A DNA stretch of 32,269 nt, taken from contig NW_003526945.1 of the NCBI RefSeq assembly GCF_000181795.1, forward strand, positions 3,700,847 to 3,733,115, read 5' to 3'. This stretch comes from Trichinella spiralis. Its lineage: Eukaryota. Positions 12,886 to 24,865 of this stretch are shown here, piece after piece; within the stretch, counting starts at the first letter, position 1; each line of letters opens with the position of its first letter. Both the position numbers and the translations under genes were made by a program. The notes beneath the pieces were generated by a model that did no database searches, was not told the DNA's origin, and was given only the letters and a program-made list of their open reading frames with translations.

Positions 12886-14184
12886 TATTTTAAAATAATT
12901 CTGAAAACGCTAAAAGATATTTTTACAACTTTAAGAACTAATTAAAAATGTAATGCAGGTATTTTGCGAACAATTTTGTTAAAGAACTTTAACAAGTCGA
13001 ACGGTCAAGATGCTGAAAGCATACAGAACTTTGCAAAATATTTAAAACGCATAACTTGCAAAAAAACACTGTACAAAGTTTACGGTACATGTACTTATAT
13101 TCAAGAGTAATTAAAAAATGAATACATCTATTAAATTATTCTTAAAAAACAATTTGGTAAATTTATTTATATTTTCCAAATGTTCATGCAGTTTAATAAT
13201 TAGTGATATTTTTATTATCTGAAATATACCATAGTTTAAAAAATTCAATGCAAAAGCATTAAATTAAAACAATAACATCTCTCACCATGTATATCTAAAT
13301 GTTTGTGTTATGCAAAAGCAGCAATTTTTTATAAAAATAATGTTAAAGCTTTGCATCACAAATTTTTCTCTTTTTTAATATGGAAGTTCATTTCTATGTT
13401 TTTTTAATTTATAACTATGGGATTTTTCAGTGGTGTCATTTTTTACTTTTATTTCATTGTTATTGTTTGGATAAAAGATATTTACACATTTCTTAGCTGC
13501 TCAGTGCATAAATGTTTCTGATTTTAAGTTTTCATTGCTAAATTCTATATTTAAAAAGAATAAAAGTAGATGCTGGAACTATTTAGTCATAAGAAATAAC
13601 CTGCAAAAAATTAAATAAATTTCCAGTCATTTGTTTAGTAGCTAATTAATTATTCTAAATTTTGAATTGTTTTTAAACAAATAGTCACGCATGTCTTTCT
13701 CAATATATTTCATATTTATAAAAAACAGCATTGTAAATATTTAAATAAGATTTGAACCTTTGAGAATTTCCTACAGTATGCCATTTCTTAACTTTGAAGT
13801 AAAAATTCTTTGATAGTAATATTATATTGTTGTTAATTATATGATCCCAATATTGTTAATTATATTATAGTTAATTATTAATTATAATTATATTATCGGC
13901 ATATTATATCATCTCTGATTGACATCACGTCTTTTCCGAAACTATATTAAAGTATACACGCGATAGGGGAATTTTTCACTAGTCAAATATATAATTTTTT
14001 CATCATTCTTTGTCGTATAATTAATTTAATAAAGACGTTTATATATTTAATACATTGTATTACATTTAATTATTGTTGGCATATATTACTTTTCAGTTAA
14101 TTTTCATTTCATGCATGCATTGATATATATGTTCCGTATATGTGTAATTATTTATTTTTATTTATTTGCTCTAAGGCAGTTTCA

Positions 14185-16187
14185 ATGTCTGGCCGAAGTT
14201 TGAAATATGCAGATATATATATAAAATCCGCTCGTCGTGCGCTCCGAACACCACGTGTTGGAAGGCCCTGGAGAACTCGCAAGCTTCTTAATCTTACAGC
14301 CTTTTTTCGAAACAGGCATATTTGATTTTTTATTTGTTAATAATTTGTTTTGCTTTTATAAGCAATTTAAAAGCAAGCAGTTTTTTTGTTTATGTAATTT
14401 TTATATATTTGGGAAAATATGATATTTTGCAAATTTCTTAAATTAGGTTTTATGAGATTGATCGATGGTACAAAGCACGCATTGAAAAGCCGATTGTCTA
14501 TCCGCAGCTGTATGTGATTCAACCGGAGAAGCATCTCAAAACTCTCGAAGAGCGCATGAAAGGTGATCCGCGATTTTTTAATTTTTGATTAAACAATTTT
14601 TACTGTAGTGAATTTTACTTTGTTGAGCCTATTTACATATGCGTAGCAATTATAAATGGCTGTGCGATGAAGGAAGCATAATAATGACAATAATTTCGTT
14701 TTTATTTTTTATAATTTCAATGTCAGAATTGCAAACTGTTGACCATCAGAAAATTAATATTGGCTTTCATTATGAATATTCGATTCCATCAGCTTCCACA
14801 TTGAATGCGGCTGAAAAAGCGGAACTGGAACAAGAAGCCCGTTTGCGGAAATGTACCATTGTTATTCATTTTGTGATATCAACTTTTTTGAGGATAATTT
14901 TACTTAAAGTGAAACTCGATTTGGAAACAATTGAAGAAGAGAACAGCCAAGGGAGCGAACCAATGCTTGTTAAACAGATGGCCGAACATTATGGCATTTT
15001 CAGAGATCTGTTTCACAGTATGGTGTACTTTTATCCAATTGTTCCTTTGAAAATATTATTTCCCATCGACAATGAAACAGCATATCGTGTTTATTATGGC
15101 AATATTTTAAAGCCCAAAGAAGTTAGTTTTACATGAATTTATGTAGATTTTAATTTTCATCATCCATATTTTTGTTTTTCAGGTGAAGTCTGCTCCGTTG
15201 GTAAGTTTCAAAGCTGAGCCGAACACTTATTGGACTTTGATGGCCGTCAATTTGGACGGTAATGCGTACGAAAACGACACGGAAGTGCTGCATTGGTTTG
15301 TGTCAGTGAAAAGGATTAACTTTTTGATTTCTGATTCTTGCTCTGCAAATTTTATTATTTTTGTTTTAGTTGCAACATCGAAGCTGGTCAACTGGAAACC
15401 GGCGAAGTAATTTCTCCTTATCTGCAGCCGTTGCCTTTTCGTGGTACTGGCCTTCACAGAGTTGCTTTTCTGTTGTTTAAGCAGACTCATCCCTTCTTGG
15501 AACACTTGTCTGAATTCAAAGAGACAATCAAGGCGTAAGCAGCGTTTTTATGAATGGTTATGTATTTTTTTTGAATTAATCTCGCTAATTGAGGATCTAT
15601 TTTCTAGGGACACGCTTGCCGGAAGGTCTTTCAGTGTTTCTAGATTTTACAAACGTTTAGAAGACGTTATTACACCGGCTGGTTTAGCATTTTGCCAATG
15701 TGAATGGGATTCTTCTTGTACTGCATGTTTTCATGACATTCTAAGTTGGAATTTGATTTTTCAACGTTAGCACGAGATAATTTAACATTTTATTTTTTTC
15801 AACAGATATGAAAGAGCCGGTGTATAAGTACCAGTGGCCTGCACCATATATTCCTCCGCAAGAATATATTCCAGAAGAACCGCAACCATTTAATGAGTAT
15901 ATTTTTTAAAATTTACTTTAAGTACAATTAATTAATTGAACAAATATTAATTATTGATTAGATATTTGGATAAATACCGAGATGTTGAAAGTATTGAAAA
16001 ACAGCTGCTGATGAAACGCTTATTGCGCTCGTCAGCATTTCAATGTGATCCTGAAATGCCGAAATATCCGAACATATTCTACAAAGAGGAGAAATTGACA
16101 GTTCCGTCTTGGCTTATGCTGGAGCGATACAAGGAAAATTTAGGTCTCGGAAAATACAGCAGCATATATAAGAACCCAATCGATTAG
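14185..16187 (+). CDS. MRPL38: Mitochondrial ribosomal protein L38 (PEBP-like domain), 9 exons: 14185-14315, 14447-14562, 14727-14852, 14910-15121, 15183-15301, 15370-15534, 15608-15744, 15806-15896, 15962-16187
   Basis: MAEHYGIFRDLF, VYYGNILKPKEV, YWTLMAVNLDG, EVLHWFV, PYLQPLPFRGTGLHRVAFLLFKQ, TPAGLAFCQCEWD and QPFNEYLDKYRD are characteristic of mL38. AATAAA at 16226. Confidence 0.93.
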
Positions 16188-16311
16188 TGACCAACAGGTG
16201 AATTAGGTAATTATTTATAGCTTTGAATAAAATGGTCCTTGGTCAGTGCCACTTATTGGGAATTTTTAAAAGTGATGTTATGTATGGAGAGAAATAATTA
16301 AAGTTGCAGTT

Positions 16312-17590
16312 TCAAAATTCAGAAAATGTATTGGCATATAGGGACGGTTCTGTCAGTGGAAGCAAAAATTTTGCCCAAATACAGATGCCAATGAGTGTGC
16401 AAACAATAACAGTTACGCGCATCCATCGTTTTTGCAACATGAAGTACATTCTCAAATCTGGTAAGCCGATGAAGTTGCAGAACACATGACAAAGGTATAC
16501 GGCAGCGAAGTGATCTGTCAGATATGAGAGAAAGAAAAATTAAAAACATCTTTACATAATAACAGAACATTAAAAAAATGTTCAAATTTGTGCTTACAAG
16601 TTCTCAGATAGATGAATGTGGTGTAAACACCGAAGATGTATGTCAGGACTAATCGTTCAGCTGATTGTTAAAGAAATTATTATTATATATGCATTATTGG
16701 GATTAAAATTGAAATAATGTACAATTTACGATGAGCGCTTTGCGCCAGTCATTGTAGAAATCAAGTTGGTCGAAAGCATGGTGCATGTGCGCAATGGAAA
16801 AGTACACCGGTATAAATAGCATGGCTTGTAATGGTCGAATAAATGACATCATCATGCCCACCATACAGCATCGAAATACAATTTCTTCGCAAGCAGGTGC
16901 CTAAATATTGCATGGAGGTGTTGATGATTTTTCTGTTTTTATTACTTTTTGAAACTTACAAGTAAGACGTAGCGATAGAATTTTACAGAATTTTTCATTA
17001 CATTATGGTTCTGTTTCGACTTTTCTGAAGAAGAAAAAATTAACAGAATTAACCGTATGAAAAGACTCTTCAAAGTAACAGTTTTACATACTTTGAAGAT
17101 GATTAAACAGCAGTAGAACGATCGGTCCTAAGGCTAAAATCTGAAAAAAGGAATGACTTCAAAAGAAGTGGCTTTACAATAAAATTTACGAATAACCATT
17201 GTAAGGAGAAGAGGAAAAATAGTTGCAGCAAAAATGCCGTTGATACGCAGGCCAAGAAACTGAAGTGGATTTACATTCTAAAAAATAAACAATGAAATAG
17301 AATTGCATGAATTAAAAGTTGAAAAATCAGTTGCTAACCTCTGGTCTCCAATGCTGGACTATTACTGTAGCGAAAATACAAGCCAGCGCCGCACCTGAGT
17401 ATCGTTCTATCATTATGGATGAATATTCTCTGAATGGAAAATGTTATGATAATTTTTTTTTTCAGTTATAGGTACTCTAATCGCCAGCCTACTTGTCTGG
17501 GTTATTTTTATCTGACGATCGAGTAAATGAAACAAATATCAATGGAGTTATATGTAAGTACAAAACAGCTTTCCAGTACATAAGCGACAT
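16312..17590 (-). CDS. RCE1: CAAX prenyl protease 2 (Rce1/FACE-2 type II CAAX endopeptidase), 8 exons, with a possible extra 5' exon at 18051-18129
   Basis: Hand translation of the minus-strand exons gives PLLLTM-ILALGP, APACEEIVFRCCM, YFSIAHMHH, TYIFGVYTTFIYLRT, HVFCNFIGLP and PLTEPSLY. The catalytic EExxxR, FxxxH and HxxxN motifs are intact. The ORF track misses it because the exons are short. Confidence 0.92.
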
Positions 17591-19272
17591 GATTTGTTGT
17601 TTCTCGTAATAACAAGAACCTAAAATAACATTCTGTACCACATGATTAAAATTAGAAATTAATGTTCTTACTTAATTTAAGGCATATATTTACTCCTTGG
17701 TGCAGAGGCACTGCAATCATGGTAATTTAAACATGTATTATAATACTTAATATATGTAAACCAATAAATGTAAATAAATAAATAGTAGCGAAGAATTTGA
17801 TAACGAAAGAAGGAATAGAAGAATTCTTAAATAAGAAGAAGGATGTATTACTCTTAATACATTTTAGAAGTAGTACATCATCGATATTAATATAATTGAA
17901 ATTTAAAATTGTGATGTGATAAGGAAATGCACTGTGATCTTATAAAAACACTTGCTTTTGCTGAGTAAAATATTTTTAAATAATGTTTATCTGAAACAAG
18001 TGTAAAAAGAGATTCATTTTACACCTTCAATTTGCATGCGATTTACTCACCACAGTTCCCTAATGCGTATAATTGTTTCTCAGCAACACTCTTCTTAACT
18101 TTACGTTTCCATAAACTACTTATTATCATATGATAGTGCGTTTGCAGGGTTAATTCAGGGCAAATGATGTTATTGTGCAATAGGTTGAAAATAAAATAAG
18201 GTTAAAACCAGGGGGGAAGAGGTAACATCAAGAATATTAAAAGAAATATTTATCAAATTTTGATTGGGTAAGTCAAGCATTATATGTGAATTTAAATTAA
18301 AATAAATTTAATTTTTTAAAGTAATTTTATTTCACTTTTACTTGAGCATAATTAGACTGCTTGTAGTATATTTCACTTGTCATTACCTGAATTGTACAAG
18401 CGGAAACATTAGAAGAGTGATAACTTCTAATAACATTCCCAATATTAAATATATATAAGAAAACGACATATAAAGAATGATATCTAAAGGCGCAAAAAAA
18501 TTGCATAAAATTCTTAGATTTGATCAAGTAGTCCCTGGCAAAAAATACACATAAGCAGGGTATTTTTAATGATTATTTCTATTTCAAATTCATAGACTGA
18601 AATTTAAAGAAAGAAATGCATTTGCGTTCATTTATTTTGGACTATTCATATTTAAAATGCTTTTAAGCAGATACTGATGACCGCATACTTTATGCAGATT
18701 TCAGTGGTTACTTCTATGCATGCAAATATTCAGAAAGTGCACTAAACAGTGTCTATAATATTGCCTCTCTGCACAAGTCTCAACTATTCTTATGTTTTGT
18801 TAAATTACTGTGTAACATCCTTACCATTTTTGGGGGGAGGGATCAATATTAATAATTTAACGAATACATTAGTTACGAAAACTTTTTTAAATGCATTACC
18901 GAAATTTATTTTCATATGAATTTATTTTACTTGCGGTTATTGATATTTCTTAGTTTCTGGTTATAACATAAATATCATTGTATTTATAATTCATCTAATC
19001 TGTCCTTTTATTTGAGCTCAGAATTTTTGCTATTACATCTTGAATTTCATTTCTATTCTATTAAAACGCATTTAAAGCTGACATTGATGAAATGTATGTT
19101 GTTTTATGTTTATTTATTTTTCCATGTAGTTTTGCAATGAATTTTTTATTCTTTTTCATGCTGATATTGCCGTCGGTGAGTTGATCTTCTCAGTTACTGC
19201 ACTATTTATGTATATATATATATAAATACTTTTGTGATGTTGTGAAAATTTGATCTTTTTCATATGAGAATT

Positions 19273-19820
19273 TGGTTCAACTGTTTGCTAACTGCCCACT
19301 GAGCCGCGGCTTGTCATATAGGACAGAGAGGCCCTGTACGACAGGATTTGGAGCCGCCTATCATGAACTGTTACGCAGAAGCAACACTGAAGCGCAGAGT
19401 AGAACCTCCGAATGCCTGCCAGGAGGGTGCGCTTCCAAATTGCATGTTCGCTGATGTACAGGGAAGATGGCCATCACGTGGTTGTGAATTGTTTGTTTGA
19501 TTTGGGGTAGCAAAGCACTTTCATCAGAAAGGGTATAGTAGACGCCCTTGGACTTACAGGACAGTGCGAGACGGTTACCCTCGTGACCATCAGAGACCAA
19601 AAGAGGGGAAAATGGCGGATGAGAAGAGTTGGCTTTTTGCTTGGAATCGACAACGATTCTACCTTACGTCGCCTACACGTGCTTGCAACACCGAAGATCT
19701 GTTTGAGAGTCCAGCAGACTGCGGCCGATCCGGAAGGGTGGCAGCATTTGACAGCGCTTAAGCTGGCTGACCAGCTGCAAAAGCATCCTGTCATAATTGA
19801 TGTGCTGATTGGGCTGGTCA
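19273..19820 (+). mobile_element. Decayed BEL/Pao LTR-retrotransposon fragment (Gag zinc knuckle plus DUF1758-type aspartic peptidase)
   Basis: WFNCLLTAH*AAAC (CCHC-like), then a frameshift to ..C..YHELLR, then VRFQIA..VVVNCLFDLG*QSTFIRKGIVDALGL..PKIC..WQHLTALKLAD..IDVLIG. In-frame stops include TAG at 19508. The segment is more GC-rich than its flanks. Confidence 0.85.
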
Positions 19821-20339
19821 TTATTTTGATACTTCGCCATATTACTAATATCTGTAGAATAATAGTGTGCCGTGATTGAAGAATTTGCTATTTTCCTAGC
19901 AGTGGAGGACGTTCATAATCATAACAGATTGTTTGAAAGTTATTCATCATAATTTCGAACAGATACAAAATTTGCATCTCAACAAAGAGAAAATAATTAC
20001 TTTTCAAATTGGCATTTTTCATTTATTTTGTATCTGTTTAAAAGTATCGTGGAAAATGGACAATGGAATTAGCTAGTAACATATACACTATACCTTCTTT
20101 TATGGAAGGAACGCTGTTTCATAATATTGAGACGCATATTTTTCCCATTGATCCATGTTCTGTATAATTGTGGCACGTTGCATAATATTTTTAGTTTATT
20201 AATTATAGATCATTTGATGGGAAATTTTGAAGTAGAATGTTCAAGCGCATTGCAAATACACCTCAAGACAGAAAATATTAAATATTGTGAATGATTTTTT
20301 TGCCATTTCATTTTCAATTTTCAATTCAACAAGCAATAT

Positions 20340-23300
20340 TGCTGTTCAATAATCATTAATTTCTGCGAAAAAAAACGTAATAGTTGTACGTGATTACTTT
20401 GATAAAAACAAACATTTCATGGAAGGCGGGCTCCATTACCATCTTTTTTATGTATTCAGCTTCTGATTCATAGCAGAAGTATGCCTATTTGAATTTACTT
20501 TCCCTAAGTAACAACGATGCAATGGTGATATGCATAATTAGTACAATACGCTGTTCCCCAGGGTGAACAATCATTACAAATCATACGTAATTAAATAAAT
20601 TCACAATTCATTTCAAACTATTGGGCTCATGGACGGTATTTATTCGAATCTTCAAAGGTATCCAGCAGTTTGTACGGTGAAACTTATTCCATGCTTCTCA
20701 GAAACTACGGCTTATAGCAAAATAATTTTATGATTATTACAATAAATTGTGCGCCAATTAAAGGTATGTAAATTTTTAATAACACGCAATCTGTGATTTT
20801 TTGAGAAATTTGATAAATTTTCCGGTTTGAGCATTTGAAATTTATAGAAGAAAATGACTTGCATATTGCACGAAAATAGCTTTCTAATGTATTAATTTTG
20901 GATAATTAATATTTCTGAATTGTAATAAATCAAAAATATTCAGTGAAAAAAGATTTTATTTTTGAAAGCTTCTGTAGTTTAAATGAAAATCAGGAACAAT
21001 TCTTATTAAAATAAGTTCCTTTTAATGGGTGAAAAAATTCATAGTTTTGATGTAAAAATTAAGGGAACCATTCGATATTTCCATTTATTTAACTAATATT
21101 CTTAATTCCTTTTTATTTCGACTTTGTTATAATTTTATTTTAAGTTTACCTTTTTTGCATATCTCAACAAATACCGAATCAGAAGCTGTCGGTATAATTT
21201 TATAACAGTTAGCAAATCATTCTCTACCGATATAAATTAGTTGCCTTAATTTTTGGAGAAAAAAATTTTTCTCGAAAATTGCAAAATTTCATGCGCTATA
21301 GACTTGGTTGTTTTTACGAAAATCGGCGAAAAATATGTTTTCAAAATTTGGAGTTTTTTTGATCGTTATGGTTTTCTGTTGACAAAATATATTGTTTTCT
21401 AGCATTTCAAAAGAAACTACACAGCAGTTGTGGAATAAATGGCCTCTAAAGTTGTTTGTTGCCTATCTTAATACATAGAGAATTTGCCCATCAGAAACCC
21501 TCTTTCAACCGAAGCAGAGACTGCCAATCTGTGCACATGAAACATTTTTGACATCGAATCTGTTACATTTACACTAATTATTTCTTTTTTTTACGATTAA
21601 TAGAATTGAATTATCGAAATTGTTGCTCTTAAATAATCATTAATTTCTGCGAATAAAAGCGTAAGCGTTGTGTTTACTTTGCTAAAAAGCAAACATTTCA
21701 TGGAAGGCGGGCCAGATTACCATCTATTTCATGTACTCAACTTCTGATTAATACCAGACGCATGCCTATTTGAATTTATTATCCCTAAGTAACAACGATG
21801 CAATGGTGATTTGCATAATTAGTACAATATGCTGTTCCCCAGGGTAAACAATCATTACAAATCATACGTAATTAAATAAATTCACAATTCATTTCAAACT
21901 ATTGGGCTCATCCACGGTATTTATTCGAATCTTCAAAGGTATCCTGCAGTTTGTGCGGTGAAACTTATTCCATGCTTCTCAGAAACTACGGCTTATAGTA
22001 AAATAATTTTATGATTATTACAATAAATTGTGCGCCATTTAAAGGTATGTAAATTTTTAATAACACGCAATTCTGTCGATTTTTTGAGAAATTTTGATAA
22101 ATTTTCCGGCTTTGGAGCATTTTGAAATTTATAGAAAGAAAAATGACTTGCATATTGCACGAAAATAGCTTTCTAATAGTATTAATTAATGGATAATTCA
22201 TATCCTCTGAATTGTAATAAATCAAAAATATTCAATGAAAAAAAGATTTTAATTTGAAAGCTTCNTGTAGTTTAAATGAAAATCAGGGAACAAATCTATA
22301 TAAAATAACTTCCTTTCAATGGGTGAAAAAACTTCATAGTTTTGATGTAAAAATTAATGACACCATTCGATATTCCCATTTGTTTCATTTATATTCTTAN
22401 NNNNNNNNNNNNNNNNNNNNNNNNNNNNNNNNNNNNNNNNNNNNNNNNNNNNNNNNNNNNNNNNNNNNNNNNNNNNNNNNNNNNNNNNNNNNNNNNNNNN
22501 NNNNNNNNNNNNNNNNNNNNNNNNNNNNNNNNNNNNNNNNNNNNNNNNNNNNNNNNNNNNNNNNNNNNNNNNNNNNNNNNNNNNNNNNNNNNNNNNNNNN
22601 NNNNNNNNNNNNNNNNNNNNNNNNNNNNNNNNNNNNNNNNNNNNNNNNNNNNNNNNNNNNNNNNNNNNNNNNNNNNNNNNNNNNNNNNNNNNNNNNNNNN
22701 NNNNNNNNNNNNNNNNNNNNNNNNNNNNNNNNNNNNNNNNNNNNNNNNNNNNNNNNNNNNNNNNNNNNNNNNNNNNNNNNNNNNNNNNNNNNNNNNNNNN
22801 NNNNNNNNNNNNNNNNNNNNNNNNNNNNNNNNNNNNNNNNNNNNNNNNNNNNNNNNNNNNNNNNNNNNNNNNNNNNNNNNNNNNNNNNNNNNNNNNNNNN
22901 NNNNNNNNNNNNNNNNNNNNNNNNNNNNNNNNNNNNNNNNNNNNNNNNNNNNNNNNNNNNNNNNNNNNNNNNNNNNNNNNNNNNNNNNNNNNNNNNNNNN
23001 NNNNNNNNNNNNNNNNNNNNNNNNNNNNNNNNNNNNNNNNNNNNNNNNNNNNNNNNNNNNNNNNNNNNNNNNNNNNNNNNNNNNNNNNNNNNNNNNNNNN
23101 NNNNNNNNNNNNNNNNNNNNNNNNNNNNNNNNNNNNNNNNNNNNNNNNNNNNNNNNNNNNNNNNNNNNNNNNNNNNNNNNNNNNNNNNNNNNNNNNNNNN
23201 NNNNNNNNNNNNNNNNNNNNNNNNNNNNNNNNNNNNNNNNNNNNNNNNNNNNNNNNNNNNNNTAAAATATTTGTTTTGTGGAATTTCAAAGGAAACTTCC

Positions 23301-24545
23301 AGCACTAGTGGAATAAATGCCTTTTGAGTTGTTTGCTGCCTATCTTAATGCATAGAGAATTTGCCCATCAGAATCTCTCTTTCAACCGAAGCAGAGACTG
23401 CCAATCTGTGCACATGAAACATTTTTGACAACGAATCTGTTGCATTTACACTAATTATTTCTTTTTTTTTACGATTAATAGAATTGAATTATTGAAATTG
23501 TTGCTGTTAGATAATCATTAATTTCTGCGAATAAAAGCGTAAGCGTTGTAAGTGTTTACTTTGCTAAAAAGCAAACATTTCATGGAAGGCGGGCCAGATT
23601 ACCATCTATTTCATGTATTCAGCTTCTGATTAATATCTGCCGCATGCCTATTTGAATTTACTATCCCCAAGTAACAACGATGCAATGGTGATTTGCATAA
23701 TTAGTACAATACGCTGTTCCCCAGGGTAAACAATCATTACAAATCATACGTAATTAAATAAATTCACAATTCATTTCAAACTATTGGGCTCTTCCACGGT
23801 ATTTATTCGAATCTTCAAAGGTATCCAGCAGTTTGTACGGTGAAACGTATTCCATGCTTCTCAGAAACTACGGCTTATAGTAAAATGATTTTATGATTAT
23901 TACAATAAATTGTGCGCCAATTAAAGGTATGTAAATTTTTAATAACACGCAATCTGTGATTTTTTGAGAAATTTGATAAATTTTCCGGTTTGAGCATTTG
24001 AAATTTATAGAAGAAAATGACTTGCATATTGCACGAAAATAGCTTTCTAATGTATTAATTTTGGATAATTCATATCTCTGAATTGTAATAAATCAAAAAT
24101 ATTAAATGAAAAAAGATTTTAATTTGAAAGCTTCTGTAGTTTAAATGAAAATCAGGAACAATTCTTTTAAAAATAAATTTTTTTTAACGGGTGAAAAAAT
24201 TCATAGTTTCGATGTAGAAATTAATGACACTTCGATATTTCCATTTATTTAATTAATATTCAAAATTCCTCTTTATTTCGACTTTGTTATAATTTTAAGT
24301 TTACCTTTTTTGTATATCTCAACAAATACCGAATAAGGAGCTGTCGGTATAATTTTATAACAGTTAGAGAATAATTCTCTACCGATATAAATTAGTTGCT
24401 TTAATTTTTGGAAAAAAAAATTTTTCTCGAAAATTGCAAAATTTCATGCGCTATAGACTTGGTTGTTTCTACGAAAATCGGCGAAAAATATGTTTTCAAA
24501 ATTTGGAGTTTTTTTGATTGTTCTAGTTTTCTATTAATGAAAGAT
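20340..24545. repeat. Tandem direct repeat array, unit about 1281 bp, at least three copies, interrupted by an N-gap
   Basis: Anchor TTGGGCTC..ACGGTATTTATTCGAATCTTCAAAGGTATCC occurs at 20621, 21902 and 23784. Long blocks such as CATTTCATGGAAGGCGGG and TCAACCGAAGCAGAGACTGCCAATCTG recur in the same order. Confidence 0.95.
22400..23262. other. Assembly gap (N run)
   Basis: Run of N. Confidence 1.
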
Positions 24546-24572
24546 GGTGTTTTGGAAATTTTCTCCGGAAAC

Positions 24573-24704
24573 GGGGTGTTCTTACTCGGTCCCACTTTTT
24601 TCTTATTGGTCTTTGCCCACGCTATTTTATTGGATCGTCATATCTTTGTCGTATTGGTTTTCATTTTATTGGGCCGTGAAGTCTTTGTCGTATTGGTTTT
24701 TCCT
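24573..24704 (+). repeat. Left arm of a ~130-bp inverted repeat (partner 27295-27426) with internal TATTGG subrepeats
   Basis: Reverse complement of 27295-27426 aligns along its length, e.g. TTTATTGGGCCGTGAAGTCTTTGTCGTATTGGTTTT is exact. Confidence 0.9.
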
Positions 24705-24865
24705 TGACAAAATGCTCTTTTTTTTTTTCCCCCCCCCCCCGTCATTAACTGTAATATTTTTTAAAAAAAAAGAAGGGAAATATTCCATTTTGGATTACGT
24801 AACTTTAATAATAGTGACGTAACATTAACTATAGGAATATATATTATTTAATAAAATGCATTATG

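Noticed and set aside
16319..16585. 88-aa minus-strand ORF
   Set aside because: Wrong frame; the real RCE1 last exon is in another frame ending at 16312.
24573..24704. CRISPR-like array or CCAAT-box promoter from the periodic TATTGG motifs
   Set aside because: Eukaryotic context, motifs too short, spacers related to each other, no cas genes; a transposon terminal repeat is the simpler explanation.
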